From contig OY740803.1 of the NCBI GenBank assembly GCA_963514005.1, forward strand, positions 4,650,001-4,714,000: DNA of 64,000 nt, read 5' to 3'. This document shows, one piece after another, positions 1 to 13,688 of this stretch. This stretch comes from Raja brachyura (taxonomy: Eukaryota). Within the stretch, counting starts at the first letter, position 1; every line of letters starts with the position of its first letter. The notes under the pieces were generated by a model. The model was not told the DNA's origin. It searched no databases and worked only from the letters and a program-made list of their open reading frames with translations. The position numbers were made by a program, and so were the translations under genes.

Positions 1-186
1 TCTCCTTGTTCTCTCTTCCAAGTGGAACAAACCCTTTAGTTGTAACCAGAGACAAACTAAATATCCAGAGATCACAGAGTTTGGGCCAATAGCAAAAGTA
101 AACGAGAATTTAAATGTCATTTCTTGAGATCTAGAATCAGCTCAGTGAATGAATGAACAATACTACACTATCACAGGTACCTATGG

Positions 187-370
187 GTAGGAAGGAACTG
201 CAGATGCTGGTTTAAACAGGATAGACACAAAATGCAGGAGTAACTCAGCGGGCAGGCAGCATCTCTGGATGGAAGGAATGGGTGACGTTTTGGGTTGAAA
301 TCCTTCTGAAGAAGGGTCTAAGCAGAAATGCTGCCTGTCCCGCTGAGTTATTTCAGCATTCTGTGTCTCC
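187..370. mobile_element. Penelope-like element terminal fragment (inverted/palindromic arrangement)
   Basis: ggaactgcagatgctgg...aactcagcggg...gcagcatctctgg...ctgaagaaggg...gctgcctgtcccgctgagtt; the same terminal sequence adjoins the GIY-YIG remnant at 44490-45010. Confidence 0.7.
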
Positions 371-616
371 CTATGGTACCTCGGTACAATAGTAAGTAAT
401 TAGTAGTAAGTAATTTGTATTTATACAGCACTTTTAAATCAAATCATCTTGAAGCCAAAGTGCTTTACAGAGAAAAAACAAAAGATTACCATACACCCAT
501 ATAAAATAAAAAAGAAGGGGAAAAAAACACAATACACTATAGGATTCAACATGAACGTCCCCCCAACAGCAGAATCAACATTTTCCACTGTGAGGGTAGG
601 CACCAAAAAGTCCAGT

Positions 617-652
617 CCTCCTCCTCCTCCTCCTCCTCCTCCTCCTCCTCCT
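617..652. repeat. (CCT)n microsatellite
   Basis: Run of cct units; explains the poly-Pro and poly-Gly ORFs. Confidence 0.95.
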
Positions 653-888
653 ATACCACCCGAGTTTGGGACCTGTTTGAAATGCGTTGTTTTGCATACA
701 GCCTGGGCAGTACACAAGTGTTGCCATGTGTTGACGCTGACAAAGTTACAAAAGTACCAAAGAGTCCTACATAACTCTGCACATAACTGAATTGCCACAA
801 GGTGGTGAAACTCTGCACCCTCTCAGGCTTTGGAATTGTGCCCAATATTGATACTTTTAACCAGCTCTGTCCAACAGAAACCCACACT

Positions 889-1340
889 CAATAGACAATA
901 GGTGCAGGAGTAGGCCATTCGGCCCTTTGAGCCAGCACCGCCATTCAATGTGATCATGGCTGATCATCCCCAATCAGTACCCCGTTCCTGCCTTCTCCCC
1001 ATATCCCCTGACCGCTATCATTAAGAGCTCTATCTAGCTCTCTCTTAAAAGCATCCAGAGAACCTGCCTCCACCGCCCTCTGAGGCAGAGAATTCCACAG
1101 ACTCGCCACTCTCTGTGAGAAAAAGTGTTTCCTCATCCCCGTTCTAAATGGCTTACTCCTTATTCTTAAACTGCGGCCCCTGATTCTGGACTCCCCCAAC
1201 ATCGGGAACATGTTTCCTGCCTCTAGTGTGTCTTAACCCTTAACAATCTTATATGTTTCAATGAGATCCCCTCTCATTCTTCTAAACTCCAGTGTACTAG
1301 CCCAGCTGCTCCATTCTCTCAGCATATGACAGTCCCGCCA
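889..1340 (-). mobile_element. CR1 (HER1-like) LINE 3' fragment
   Basis: Encodes the CR1 ORF2 C-terminus (..RGRSLRI..FFSQRVASLWNSLP..FKRELD) and ends in a (tctattg)n tail. Confidence 0.9.
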
Positions 1341-1587
1341 GTCCCGCCCAGCATGTCCAAGCCCTTAACAATCTTATGTGTTTCAATCTCAGACAACAAT
1401 TCTCATTCTCAGTCCTTATTCTGCATCTGACCACCCAGCTCCAGCTGTTGCACCGGTTGCTGAAGGTCGGCTAGCGCGAGTCAGCTTTGTCTGTTTGCTA
1501 TCTGATCGCCATTCACACAAGTCAGTGAGGCTGGTTGGTTTGCGATAAGGATGTAAAGCAGTGTTTGAGATCCATCGGTTCATCTGA

Positions 1588-1725
<138 letters not shown>

Positions 1726-2577
1726 TAAGAGTATTCTATTGCATCATTGAATAATTGCAGTTATGTTGCTTTCAGGTCAGCTGTTAAAACGTGATTAACT
1801 AAGCGGATATTACTCTGACTCGTCAGGGTCAGTTGGCAGTTGAATTCATTTGTGAGATGCCTGGGGAGCAGCCAAGGCCCTCATTGATTTCCCAACCTCA
1901 TTGCCCCCCCCTACTGTTGGATTCCAGCATTTAGGAACAATGATATATTTCCAAGTTGGGATGGGGTGAGACAAAGAGCTGCAGCTGCTGGAATCCCAAG
2001 TAAAACCCAAGTGCTGGAGGAACTCAGTGGAGCATGCAGCATCTGAGGAGTGGATGGCATTTCCTCCACAGATGCTGCCTGTCCTGTTGAGTTCTTCCGC
2101 AACTTTATCTTTTAAATTGAAGGGGAACCTCCCTCGGTGGTCGTTTGAGATACTGCCAGAATAGCTTGGGGCGTGGAACAGTGAATGTTGCAGGTATTCC
2201 ATCATGCAGCTGCAGTTTGGTGTGGTGAAGAGCACCTCCACAAAGCACCTGCAGCATTGGAGTGGTTGCAGGTGAGAGAGATGTCCTTCATAGAGGAACC
2301 ACTATCCAAAAATAAATGACCATGTCCTTAAACTATGGTGTTCACATTCCACTAATTGTAATAGCAGCATCGTGAGCATGTGTGGAACCTTCTTTACAGC
2401 AAATAGAATCACAAGTGCTAACAGACTGGGTGTTGGCCCTGATCAATAATGAGTGTTGGGATAGTGACCAACCGTGTCTCCAAACAGAAGCTTTGTTAAC
2501 GCTGTTGACAAAAGCATTACCTGAGGTCGCGCATGATATTGTAACGGTTGTTTGTAATGCATAGCCCAGTTGTTTAA

Positions 2578-2876
2578 AAGCCCTGTCCCACGGAACGAGT
2601 TCATTCCAAGAGCTCTCCTGAGTTTGCCCTGATTCGAACTCGGAGATTTACGGTAATGGCCACTCGTCGGTACTTGGGGCTCTCGTGGACATTTTTCAAC
2701 GTGTTGAAAAATCTTCACGAGTCTTCCCGTGCTTACCTGCCATTAGCGAGTCTTCCCGAGTACCTGCCGTTAGCGCTAAGAGACGTCCCCGAGCTCCGAT
2801 GTACCCGCTACGCTCATTCTCCGTGCTTACCACGAGTTTGATTTTTTGGAATGAACTCGTAACGTGGGACAGGGCT
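2578..2876. mobile_element. ~300-bp MITE (Harbinger- or Kolobok/T2-like)
   Basis: TIRs agccctgtcccacg...cgtgggacagggct flanked by ttaa; an inverted copy lies at 6305-6588. Confidence 0.8.
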
Positions 2877-3669
2877 TTAAGTGCGGGTGAAGTAAGGATA
2901 TGTATTAGAGTCATAGAATTATACAGCATGGACACAGGTCCTTTAGCCCAACTCGTCCTAGCTGGCCAAGATGCCCTAGCCAGGCTGGTCCCATTAACCT
3001 GAGCCTGACCATATCCCACTGAACCATTCCGATGTGTACCTGTCCCAAGATCTTTTGCATGTTGTTTTTGCCTCCTACTACTTCATCTTTAAGCTTGTTC
3101 CATCCAAGTAGCTCGTTGGGGCAGGGACAGACAGCAGCACTCCTGTAAATGTGGAATAGAATGAGTTGTATCTTGGCATGTTCACTGCAAGAAAATAAGG
3201 GAACCTGGAGCAAAATGCTTAAAATCTTCTGTGACCAGCAAAATTGAATGGAACGTAATCATTTTTATTCGATGCGTTCAGTGATGTGTGTTTGTCATTC
3301 ACCATGTAGACAGCAGCTGCTGTGGGATGGGAAGGGCTGGGTTTTGTTGTTAATGGTGTTGAGGCTGACATATCTGTTTGAGGTTTGGGAAACAAACATG
3401 CCAGGAGTCTGGGGGGTAACTTTTTCACACAAAGGGTGGTGGGTGTAAGGAACGAGCCGCCAGAGGAGGTAGTTGAGGCCGGGACTATCCCAACATTCGA
3501 GAAACCGTTAGACAGGTAAATGGATAGGACTGGTTTGGAGGGATGTGGACCAAACGCGGGCAGGTGGGACTAGTGTGGCAGGGACATGTTGGGCCGAAGG
3601 GCCTTTTCCCACACAGTATCACTCTATGACTGTCCGTGTAAGGGAAGTGTCTGTTTTCCTGTGTACTAA

Positions 3670-3918
<249 letters not shown>

Positions 3919-6304
3919 ACCAAGGAAGGGATAGAAGGTTGAAAGGGAAATGTTTCCGTTTGTAAATGCATTCCAGCCGCGGGGCCTTCAAAGGGCAACG
4001 TGGCAAGTGTGAAGAGACTACTCTTGGCGGTCTGACACTTACAAAATAGAGGTGTCGACAAGCCAAACCTCAAAGTGCCTATTAAAGCTGCAGGATAATC
4101 TGAGGCAGCAGCTCTCCAGTTAATGGAGCTGCAGTTTGACTGCCTCTACATCTTTAATACAAGTAAATATTTTCCTCACAGGAAGAACATTTTTTTTTAA
4201 TGAAGTAAAACAAAAGTCCTGGTGACAAATGCCACCAGTTCTAGGCTGTGACGTGTTTTATTGTTTCGGTGGAGAAGGAGGATATCGGCCAAGTTATAAT
4301 CCTGAAGTATAAATGTGTTTGTAAACGACAGCTGGTTTTCTTGGTTACGGCTGCTCCTAGGATTAGAGCAGGTCCGACAACATTGTGGATCAATTTACCT
4401 GAATCGATAGGGCAGATCAGCACGGTATCGTGTGAACCACAACATTTCTCAGTCCATTGATCATTTCCCATGAACAGGATGACGAACGACTAAATCAGCA
4501 GGAGATTGGTTATCCAGACAAAACAATGAGCCCATTGAAAGCTGTGCTTTCAGACCTCCTTGAGTAGAGGTTTGTACTGGGGCACTGTCCTTATTTAAAG
4601 TCTCAAATTTATAGCTTTATATATGTCTGCACTGTTTGTAATTATTTTTCAAGTCCAAATACAGGTGATCATTCCCTAGGTTTACACTCGAGTTGAATGA
4701 CAGTGTTTTTCACACTCTTATCCATGTAGCCAAAGCCGTCCATATGCACTGTTTAAATGGGGACAAAATGTACCAAAGGCTGGTTTAGACAATAAACAAT
4801 AGGTGCAGGAGTAGGCCCTTCGAGTCAGCACCGCCATTCAATGTGATCATGGCCGATCATCCACAATCAGTACCCCGTTCCTGCCTTCTCCCCATATCCC
4901 CTAACTCCGCTATCTTTAAGAGCCCTATCTTGCTCTTTCTTGAAAGTATCCAGAGAACTGTCCTCCACTGCCCTATGAGGCAGAGAATTCCACAGACTCA
5001 CAACTCTGCGATCCTAAATCGTTTCTCTTCCCTCTTTGTATCCTTCCCCAAGCGCCCGTGCACGGTTTCTGATCTGAGGCGGCACAAAATCCAGGTCTAG
5101 TGTCCATCGGGACAGGACAGTGCGGCTACACAGCAACCGTATCCTATCCTTTGTGTAGTATTGTCATTGTGTACTACCTGGTCTCTGCTCGAATACCCTC
5201 TGACAGAAGGGCCATGATCACCACCTCACACGGAACAGAAATCCCACTGCTCTTCCCAGTGGCAGCTGTCATAAACAAAAGGTAAGCACAAAAGGCTGGA
5301 GAAACTCAGCAGGTGAGGCAGCATCTATGGAGAGACGTTTCATCTGCCTATTCCTTCTCTCCATAGATGCTGCCTCACCCGCTGAGTTTCTCCAGCATTT
5401 TTTGCCTACCTTTGATTTTCCCAACATCAGCAGTTATTTCTTAAACAAGTTGTAGTAAACAATCTGTTTGGGACTTACAGTGAGAAATTGTTATTCACAA
5501 CACAGTGCAGTCTATGTTTTAATTATCTGCATAATCTTTTTATTGTGCTGATAATTAAAAGGAGTAACTTATTTATTTATTGGGGGGGTTATCTTTATAT
5601 CTGGTGAGTAATAGAATTGACTTTATAATGTTTAATGTATGTTCAGAGCTGATTTTTAAAGTACACGTTTTCTGCTTAGTTTCAAATTTATTTGTTTGCA
5701 ATGTAAGATGTTTCTGCCGAGTGTTAATATTCTGTTGGTTTGTTAGTTGTGAAAGATAATGTGAAAATAATGGGCATTGCCTTCACTCTAAGAGTATGTG
5801 TATAATGTGATCGGGCTTGGTTCCGTTATATTTTGGCAATTGCACTAACGATTTAATCTGTCTTTAGCTTTAATGGTTCATATGAAGCAGTTCGGTGGAT
5901 ATGATTAATTTTGTTATACATGTCATGAATCTGAATTGCTGATAACTAACGATTTTCCATTCTGGGGTCAGTAGAATAGTGATTTAAGCACTCATAGAAA
6001 CATAGAAAAATAGGTGCAGGAGTACGCCATTCGGCCCTTCGAGCCTGCACCGCCATTCAATGTGATCATGGCTGAATCGTTTCTCTTCCCTCTTCTCTTC
6101 CCACTCAAAGTGCATTTGCACAACCCGTTTCTCCCTCCAGTGAAAAACATTGCCGTCACCAACATCGTTTCACCTGTTCAAACACACTTGCATTTTTGAA
6201 AACATTTAAGTCTGACGCAACAGCTTTTGTCAAGTTTATGGACCTTGGATGTGAGCAGCCATGATGTGATTGGGGGGGGGTGGGGGGGGGGGTTGCAAGC
6301 CTAA

Positions 6305-6588
6305 TAGCCCTGTCCCACGGTGCAAGTTCATTCAAAGAGCTCTCCCGAGTTTAAAAAGCGGGTACGTCGGAGCTCGGGGACGTCTTTTAGCGCTAACGGC
6401 AGGTACTCGGGAAGACTCGCTAACAGCAGGTAAGCACGGGAAGACTCGTGAACGTTTTTCAACATGTTGAAAAATGTCCACGAGAGCCCCGAGTACCGAC
6501 AAGTGGCCATTACCGTAAATCTCCGAGTTCGAATCAGGGCAAACTCGGGAGAGCTCTTGGAATGAATTTGTACCGTGGGACAGGGCCT
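6305..6588. mobile_element. MITE, second copy (inverted relative to 2578-2876)
   Basis: TIRs gccctgtcccacgg...ccgtgggacagggc; internal sequence is the reverse complement of the first copy. Confidence 0.8.
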
Positions 6589-9500
6589 TTAAGGAGTAAA
6601 TGGTCCACGCCTGCCCAATGTGGGTGGCAAATGCCCATTGACCTGTTCAATCACATACAGCTGGATGTAAGCTGCAGTCTGCTCCTGGCATCACGAGCCA
6701 AGTGTTTTATTGTCGTGGGTGTTAGATAGGACAATGAAATTCTTACTTGTTGCAGCACAACAGAATATGTAAACATAGTACATAATGGGAGAAAAAAAAA
6801 TCAGTAAGTATCGTCAAATGTGCTAATTTCACTACCCTACACATACACACTAATCCTTACATGCTAAGCAATTAGTTAATGTCAAATAAAAACATTCTGT
6901 CTTAAAATGTAAAATTAATTGAAATTGCATCTTTTACTTTACTTCCACGATTTGATCTCCAGCAAGCTGTTAATTCCCAACAAGCTGAACTGTACTGCAG
7001 GGGCAATGTACTACTAGTGGAGTATTTCTCCATTTGTATGAGACTGGTATTAGCTGCCAGTTATCATCAGCTTTCCTGCTCAATATTGCAATACTTTGAC
7101 TGGTAGCCACTTCCTTTCCCAACAATATCCTGGCCACTCTGGTTTGAGGAACATGTGGACATGTTGCCAATCAGATTGAGACCATCCAGACAGCTGGTTG
7201 ACTCTGTCCCTTAGCCCACTGGCCAGATTTTCCCCCAAGTCCCTGTGCATTAGCCTCCTGCTCCTTTCAACCTATTGCCACTAACCTGCTGTACAGCGAC
7301 TTCTCTGCCTGACCTCAGAGACAGCTGATATTGGTAATGGTTCACTCTCTTCCATTCATTTGTCTTCTTTAAAGCTGATGTCACCTAAGTTGTTGGCATC
7401 CGACTACAGCCTCTCCTCCAAACCTCTTGGTTTAGTTTCAGTTCAGGTTATTGTCACGTGTACCGAGGTACAGTGAGAAGCTTTTGTCTCGTGCTAACCA
7501 GTCAGCGGAAAGACAATACATGAGTACAATTGATTTACAGTGTACAAATAAATGATAAGGGAATAATAACATTTAGTGCAAGGTGAAGCCAGCAAAGCCC
7601 GAAGGTCATCAAAGAGGTAGATAGTAGTTCAGCACTGCTACCCTGGTCCTGTGCTCTCACCTCCCAATCCATTGCATTGTTCCTGGAATTCTTTCATCCA
7701 AAAGCCCTCTGGCCCTGTCATTCACTGAATTGACTTTTTATTAAACTGATATTCATGTGCTGGGTATTGTGAGCTATCTTCCCCTTCATTCTCAAGCCAT
7801 CTGCAGCCTTTACATGGTTGGCCAAACCAATCTCCCGAAGGGACCCTCCATTCCTGTTCAGCTGGGTGACGTTCACAGCACACACAGAATTGGCTTCTCC
7901 TGCTTACTGAAGTGTCCATTCAAATTGTTTGTAACATTCTCAATCTTTTCACATTTTGCCAGAGTCTCACTATCTCTAATCCTCTCCAGCCCTCCAAGAC
8001 AACCATGCTCTTCCTGTTCTGAACTTCCGAGCATCCTCTATTTTAATTCTTTCTGAACCACATCTAGTCTTCATTCCTCATTCTCTCAAGTTTTTGTTTA
8101 TCATTCTTAATACTCTCTTGTGTTTATGTTGAATTATCATTGGCAATGACTCTGTAAAGTGCCCTTTGACATTTTACATGGTAAAAATAATGTTGTCAAT
8201 GGACATGTGCATTGATAGGACAGGTTTAGAGGGATGGCTATGGTGTGAGCAGATGGGACTGTTGGTTGGCACAGGACATTGGGCTGAAGGGCCTGTTTCT
8301 ATGCTGAATGACAAAAGGCAATAGACAATAGGTGCAGGAGTAGGCCATTCGGCTGTTTGAGCCATTCAGTGTGATCATGGCTGATCATCCCCAATCAGTA
8401 CCCCGTTCCTGCCTTCTCCCCATATCCCCTGACTCCGCTATTTTTAAGAGCCCTATCTAGCTCTCTCTTGAAAGTATCCAGAGAACCTGCCTCCACCGCC
8501 CTCTGAGGCAGAGAATTCCACAGACTTACCACTCTCTGTGAGAAAAAGTGTTTCCTCGTCTCTGTTCCAAACTCCCCCAACATCGGGAACATGTTTCTGC
8601 GTCTAGTCCAAACCCTTAATAATCTTATGAATGACTATGTCCTGGAGATGAAACATTCCGACATAAATGAGCTGGCTGCTAACAACATTAATTTGTCCTT
8701 GCCCAGTGTAATAGAATTACAGCAGCATGTACTGATCATGTAAAACAATTGATGCATAATTTGCCTAAATTAAAGCGCACAGTTATAATACACAAGGTTT
8801 CAGTTCCACATGGCAAGTGAATGTGCTTTTATTGGATGTACTAAGTCTGCAGAGTTTGTAGAAGAATGGGAGTGGTCCATTGATGCAACAATCTGCCATC
8901 AACGAGCTGTCTAGATGATTGGTGTCTACAGTAGGTAAACGTTTAATTCTAGTTGACTTGTCCTCAAATAATCTGACAACAGTGCCTTTATGTGGCTGCG
9001 ATTAGAGTGATGTGTCTGTTCAGGAAAAACAGCAAACGGCTGAAAAGACAGCAGTCAGACAACTCTGTGGCCTGCCGACAACGGAGACGAGAAGCTCATT
9101 ACCTGCTCAACCATAGAGATGTGGCATCTAAGCAGTTAAATCCTTCTGGAGCAATGAGCTGTACTGAACTCATGAATTTGTCATGTGAAGTTTACCGATA
9201 ATATGCAATGTTTATAAAAAATAGGGTCGGCTGCGGTGAAAGGAAGATGCAGCAATTCTAATTACATTATCGTGTGTGTACAGTCATAATGTACAAGTCT
9301 GATCCAATGAAAAGATATGTAACCTATACATGTTTTGGTATGAATTGTGAAAAGCATGAATCATTTTGGATGTGCCCAAGAAACTGCTGAATGGAACTTT
9401 TTTTTACTGGATTTCTGAATTATTTATGAATTGTCTTAGACTTGCACAATTGCAATGGTAAATCATGCTTTAAAATACTGGGAATGTAATTTTTTTTAAA

Positions 9501-10338
9501 TCTGTTGCTCTGGGTTAATGCAATAAAATATTGGACTATATTCTTCATTAGTGTAACTGAAGTGCATATGGCCAATTGTTTAAAGCTAAGAGCTCTCCAA
9601 TGGAGTTCATTTCAAGAATATCGGAGCTGATGGTACCCCCGTGGGCATTTATTTGCTCAGGACCACAGTGCATTTAGTACAGCACAGGAACAGGCCCTTC
9701 AGCGCCGCACTTGTCCATGCCTAACAAGATGCTAAGACCAATTTGACTTGGGTGCTAAGCATAATCTTAAAATCAGGAAAAGACACACAGTTTTGAAGTA
9801 ACTTAGCAGGTCAGGCAATATCTCTGAAAGACATGGATCAGTGACGTCACTGAGCTGCTGAGTTACTCCAGCACTTTGTGTCTTTTTTTGTAAGCCAGCT
9901 CCTTGTTTCCACGTCTTAAAATCAGAGCCTGTCAACTCTAATGACATTTTTACCTCTGGCTATTCTTTCGTTTGAAAGTTAATGGAGACTGAGTGTTAAG
10001 TGAACCTTTTGTAGGATAAGAAACACACACCAAAATAGCCGGCCTGAATCTCTACCCTGGTTCCTGATGGTTGTGGCCCCAATCAATCTCCAGAGCTGCA
10101 CTAGGCTTTCTGGGTGGATGGAAACCAGCCTTGTTGGCCAAAATCATCGCAGCATCCAGCAGTGATGCAAGCATTGCAAGACTTCCAGTGGAGCAGAGGG
10201 AACCACCTCTGAAACCATCCCAAAGGTTAACCAGCTCTCGACCCGAAACATCACCCATTACTTCTCTCCAGAGATGCTGCTTGTCCCGCTGAGTTACTCC
10301 AGCTTTTTTATGTCTACCGTTTAAAGCAGCATCTGCAG

Positions 10339-11397
10339 TTCCTTCTTATACCAAAGAATAGCAATGTTACAAAATTTTGAGATTTAAAAAATCAAGTCTG
10401 CAATTTATCCCATCAGATAAAGCATAAAGAGAAGTTTAATTTGACATGTAATTCACTTTCATATCTTCAGTATTAAGAAAGTTATGACCATTTTCATACT
10501 CGGAAATTAGCATCTTGTTCCCCATTGCCTTTCAATTGACCTAACTCAAAAGCTGTGATCTGGAATCGTTAAATGCCCCATAACTTTGTTAAAAATTAAG
10601 AGAACTCAATGAAATTTCCAGTTATTATAGATTGAAGCATTCTGAAACAAATATGAAACAATCTTACTTGGATGACCTGAAATTAAAGCATATAATTAGT
10701 TAGTTAGTTATCTAATTGTAGCTAATTACAAAATTCAATGAGTAGATCTAAACATCTATCCATTTCTTAAGAAACGATAAACTTTTTTTTTATTTGCCTG
10801 TGTCCAAATAACATTCACACAATAATCAACAATATAACATAATTTTTAAATCTCATTTTCTTGAATTTCTGGGCCAAATGGAAGGAATTTAGTGTTTAAT
10901 GCCTGTAAATTAATGGCCATTTAAATCAACTAGCGAGTGGGTTTTAGTGGAATGCGGTGGATTGGAACGTTGCGGTTTGCAGTGAAGTTGGTATAAAAAA
11001 TACAGCTGGTTCATACATTTTTTTTGGACCCCATTTCGCAACGTGAAAATATTATTAAAGCCTCCATAAAAACCAACTTTTAATATAAAAATAAACTATT
11101 TACCTTTTTTTCTCCCCTACACAAAATCCTTCCCGTTATCGGTGCTCACGGCTTTTGAAGGTGATTTTTAAATTACTCTAAATAATAAATAATCTAGCGT
11201 AATTGAAAAATACCTTAATTAATGAAATGTGGGAGCGATTTTTCTTCCGCAACGAAATCACCCAACATGGATCGACTTGCCCAGTCTGAAGAAAAACGGC
11301 ACTTTAAGCCCGCTCCCCTCTGAAAAGCGCCAAAGTCGTGCACACGGGGAGCGGCAGAGCTGCAGCGCTGCTCAAGGTAAGTTTTGTAACATACCTA
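10339..11397 (+). mobile_element. Non-autonomous DNA transposon, 1059 bp, TAG...CTA termini, 7-bp TSD (hAT-like)
   Basis: Imperfect TIR tagcaatgttacaaaa / ttttgtaacataccta; flanks caaagaa / caaagga; homologous inverted copy at 39839-40896. Confidence 0.85.
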
Positions 11398-11582
11398 CAA
11401 AGGATTATCAGCTGGCAAATCCCAGCAACCAGCAAGGGGATAAATGCTAAAATGTTTGCCATTCAGAGATATTTTTTAAGTCTTGGAATTGATTCGAGTG
11501 ATTTAAAAATAGTTAATGGACACCTGAAACAACAAGTAAGAAAAAATGCGGGACAGGCAGCATCTCCGGAGAGAGCATCAGT

Positions 11583-11610
11583 CTGAAGAAGGGTCTCGAC
11601 CCGAAACGTC
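11583..11610 (+). ncRNA. Minimal type-I hammerhead ribozyme motif in a Penelope terminal repeat
   Basis: CTGAAGA-A-gggtc-tc-gaccc-GAAAC-GTC: hammerhead core boxes, stem II hairpin and palindromic ACGT stem III. Confidence 0.65.
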
Positions 11611-12713
11611 ACCCATTCCTTCTCCAGAGATGCTGCCTGTCTCGCTGAGTCACTGCCGCATTTTGTGTCTTCCTTCGATTTAAACCAGCATCTGCAGTAT
11701 TTTCCTACACAAGTAAGGAAGCTTGTTTGCCTTACATCTAAGCTGATGCAGGATCTGAAGAGTGCTTTCCCCAGGGTAACATTAGGTCCCACCCTAACAA
11801 TAACAGAGCGGACTGCTAGTTTTGGCCTTTAAGTGGGACATCAAGTCTGCATTTAGTGCTGTTGAAATAGCCGAACTCAGCCTGCAAGATCTGAAGGACA
11901 AGCATGGACACACAGGCAATGTGGCTAAATTTAAGTAAGTTTATTGGCCAAGTATTCACATACAAGGAATTTGCCTTGGTGCTCCACCCACAAGTAACAA
12001 CATGACATACAGTGATAGTTACGACTGACTCGGAAAACACTAAATATTAATAATAATAAAACATTAATGATAAAACACCATTGATCAAGCATGTGAACCA
12101 ACTTGGGATTGAATTTGCCCCATTTCAGGATATCAGATATTTTGCACTAAAGGGAATAAATGGACTGACATGATCGGGCTGGGGTGGCTGTATAGCTCCC
12201 TGATCCCAGGAATAATCCAACAATATCAATGTCTGGTGGTTTCATGTCCCTGAATATGTTCCAGTTTCAATTCTCTCTGGGCAGAAGCTGCATCGGCCGT
12301 GAAGCAAGGCCAAAATGGCAAAATTAAATTGAAAATGTGCTTTCCGACACTTTTAATTTTGATCATCAGGTGCTCATTCTTCATCTCTTGAGGAACTAAA
12401 ATTGGAAATTTAACCGTCGGAAAGCACTTTTTCAATGTAATTTGTCATATTAAATGCACCTTTGAGTCAATGGGCAGAAGTTACCAATGTCTGTTTGCTT
12501 CTATGACCCCAGAAACAAATTAAAACCATTTTGACATCTTACCTGTCATGGCCTGACATGATATTGCACATTTTGAGAAGATCACCTCACATTCCTAACT
12601 CAACGCTACAGGCAACATGTCACTGGAGTGAAGAAATTTGATTCCTACCGAGGAATGTTGCAACCTCCGCCCATTAATGGCCTGATTTTTTTTAAATTGT
12701 CAATACTCCTCTT

Positions 12714-12731
12714 AGTTTCAGTTTCATTTCC
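12714..12731 (+). promoter_or_regulatory. Tandem ISRE/IRF element, putative promoter of the SAMD9-like gene
   Basis: AGTTTCAGTTTCATTTCC matches AGTTTCNNTTTCNY; GC box ctccgccc at ~12665; strong donor 83 bp downstream. Confidence 0.55.
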
Positions 12732-12733
12732 AG

Positions 12734-12814
12734 AAACTAAACCTCTACCCGAAGATGGCTGGTGCTTAATCTCCATCCCGAAAGGTACTGGAATTAGCAT
12801 AATATTAGTGTCAG
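12734..12814 (+). other. Predicted first (or upstream) exon of the SAMD9-like gene; 5' boundary uncertain
   Basis: Ends at tcag|gtaaga; directly follows the ISRE; open in the frame that splices through to the large exon. Confidence 0.45.
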
Positions 12815-13098
12815 GTAAGAACATTGCTATTTGAAATGTATGGACAATCATGTTCCAAACTGGTGCAATCTGCAAAGGTTCATTAAAAGCTGACAATGTC
12901 TCACCTTGTTCTGTAAATGCTGTAGCATTTTATCTCATTCAGTGAAAATCAGCAGGATTTTGATTTAAGACTTTACTCTAGGAATATTTTTATGAAACAG
13001 AATGAACTAGGATGCAATGCTGGGATGTGTGTGTGTGGTTACTAGTGACCTCGCGTCTGGGAGTTTTGTTAAAAGATGCTGGTTTTGTTTAAACTTCA

Positions 13099-13688
13099 GT
13101 AGTTCTGCAGTTGTATAGGGCTCTGGTGAGACCACATCTGGAATATTGTGTACAGTTTTGGTCTCCTAATTTGAGGAACGACATCCTTGTGATTGAGGCA
13201 GTGCAGCGTAGGTTCACGAGATTGATTCCTGGGATGGCGGGACTGTCATATGAGGAAAGATTGAAAAGACTAGGCTTGTATTCACTGGAGTTTAGAAGGA
13301 TGAGGGGGATCTTATAGAAACATATAAAATTATAAAAGGACTGGACAAGCTAGATGCAGGAAAAATGTTCCCTATGTTGGGTGAGTCCAGAACCAGGGGC
13401 CACAGTCTTAGAATAAAGGGGAGGTCATTTAAGACTGAGGTGAGATAAAACGTTTTCACTCAGAGAGTTGTGAATTTGTGGAATTCCCTGCCACAGAGGC
13501 CAAGTCACTGGATGGATTTAAGAGACAGTTAGATAGAGCTCTAGGGGCTAGCGGAGTCAAGGGATATGGGGAGAAGGCAGGCACGGGTTATTGATAGGGG
13601 ACGATCAGCCATGATCACAATGAATGGCGGTGCTGGCTCGAAGGGCCGAATGGCCTCCTCCTGCACCTATTTTCTATGTTTCTATGTT
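13099..13688 (+). mobile_element. CR1 LINE 3' fragment
   Basis: [19 protein letters not shown]...; (ttctatgt)n tail. Confidence 0.92.

Noticed and set aside
439-798. Poly-Gly and poly-Pro ORFs on both strands
   Set aside because: Produced by the (CCT)n microsatellite within an ERN1 intron.
11871-11915. 45-bp exon (ELSLQDLKDKHGHT) phase-compatible with the SAMD9-like leader
   Set aside because: Needs a weak GC donor and has a poor polypyrimidine tract.
12315-12448. miR-430/427-like precursor (AAAGTGCTTTC on the minus strand)
   Set aside because: The seed-like word is on the 5' arm of an over-long stem, the match ends after ~11 nt, and there is no cluster.
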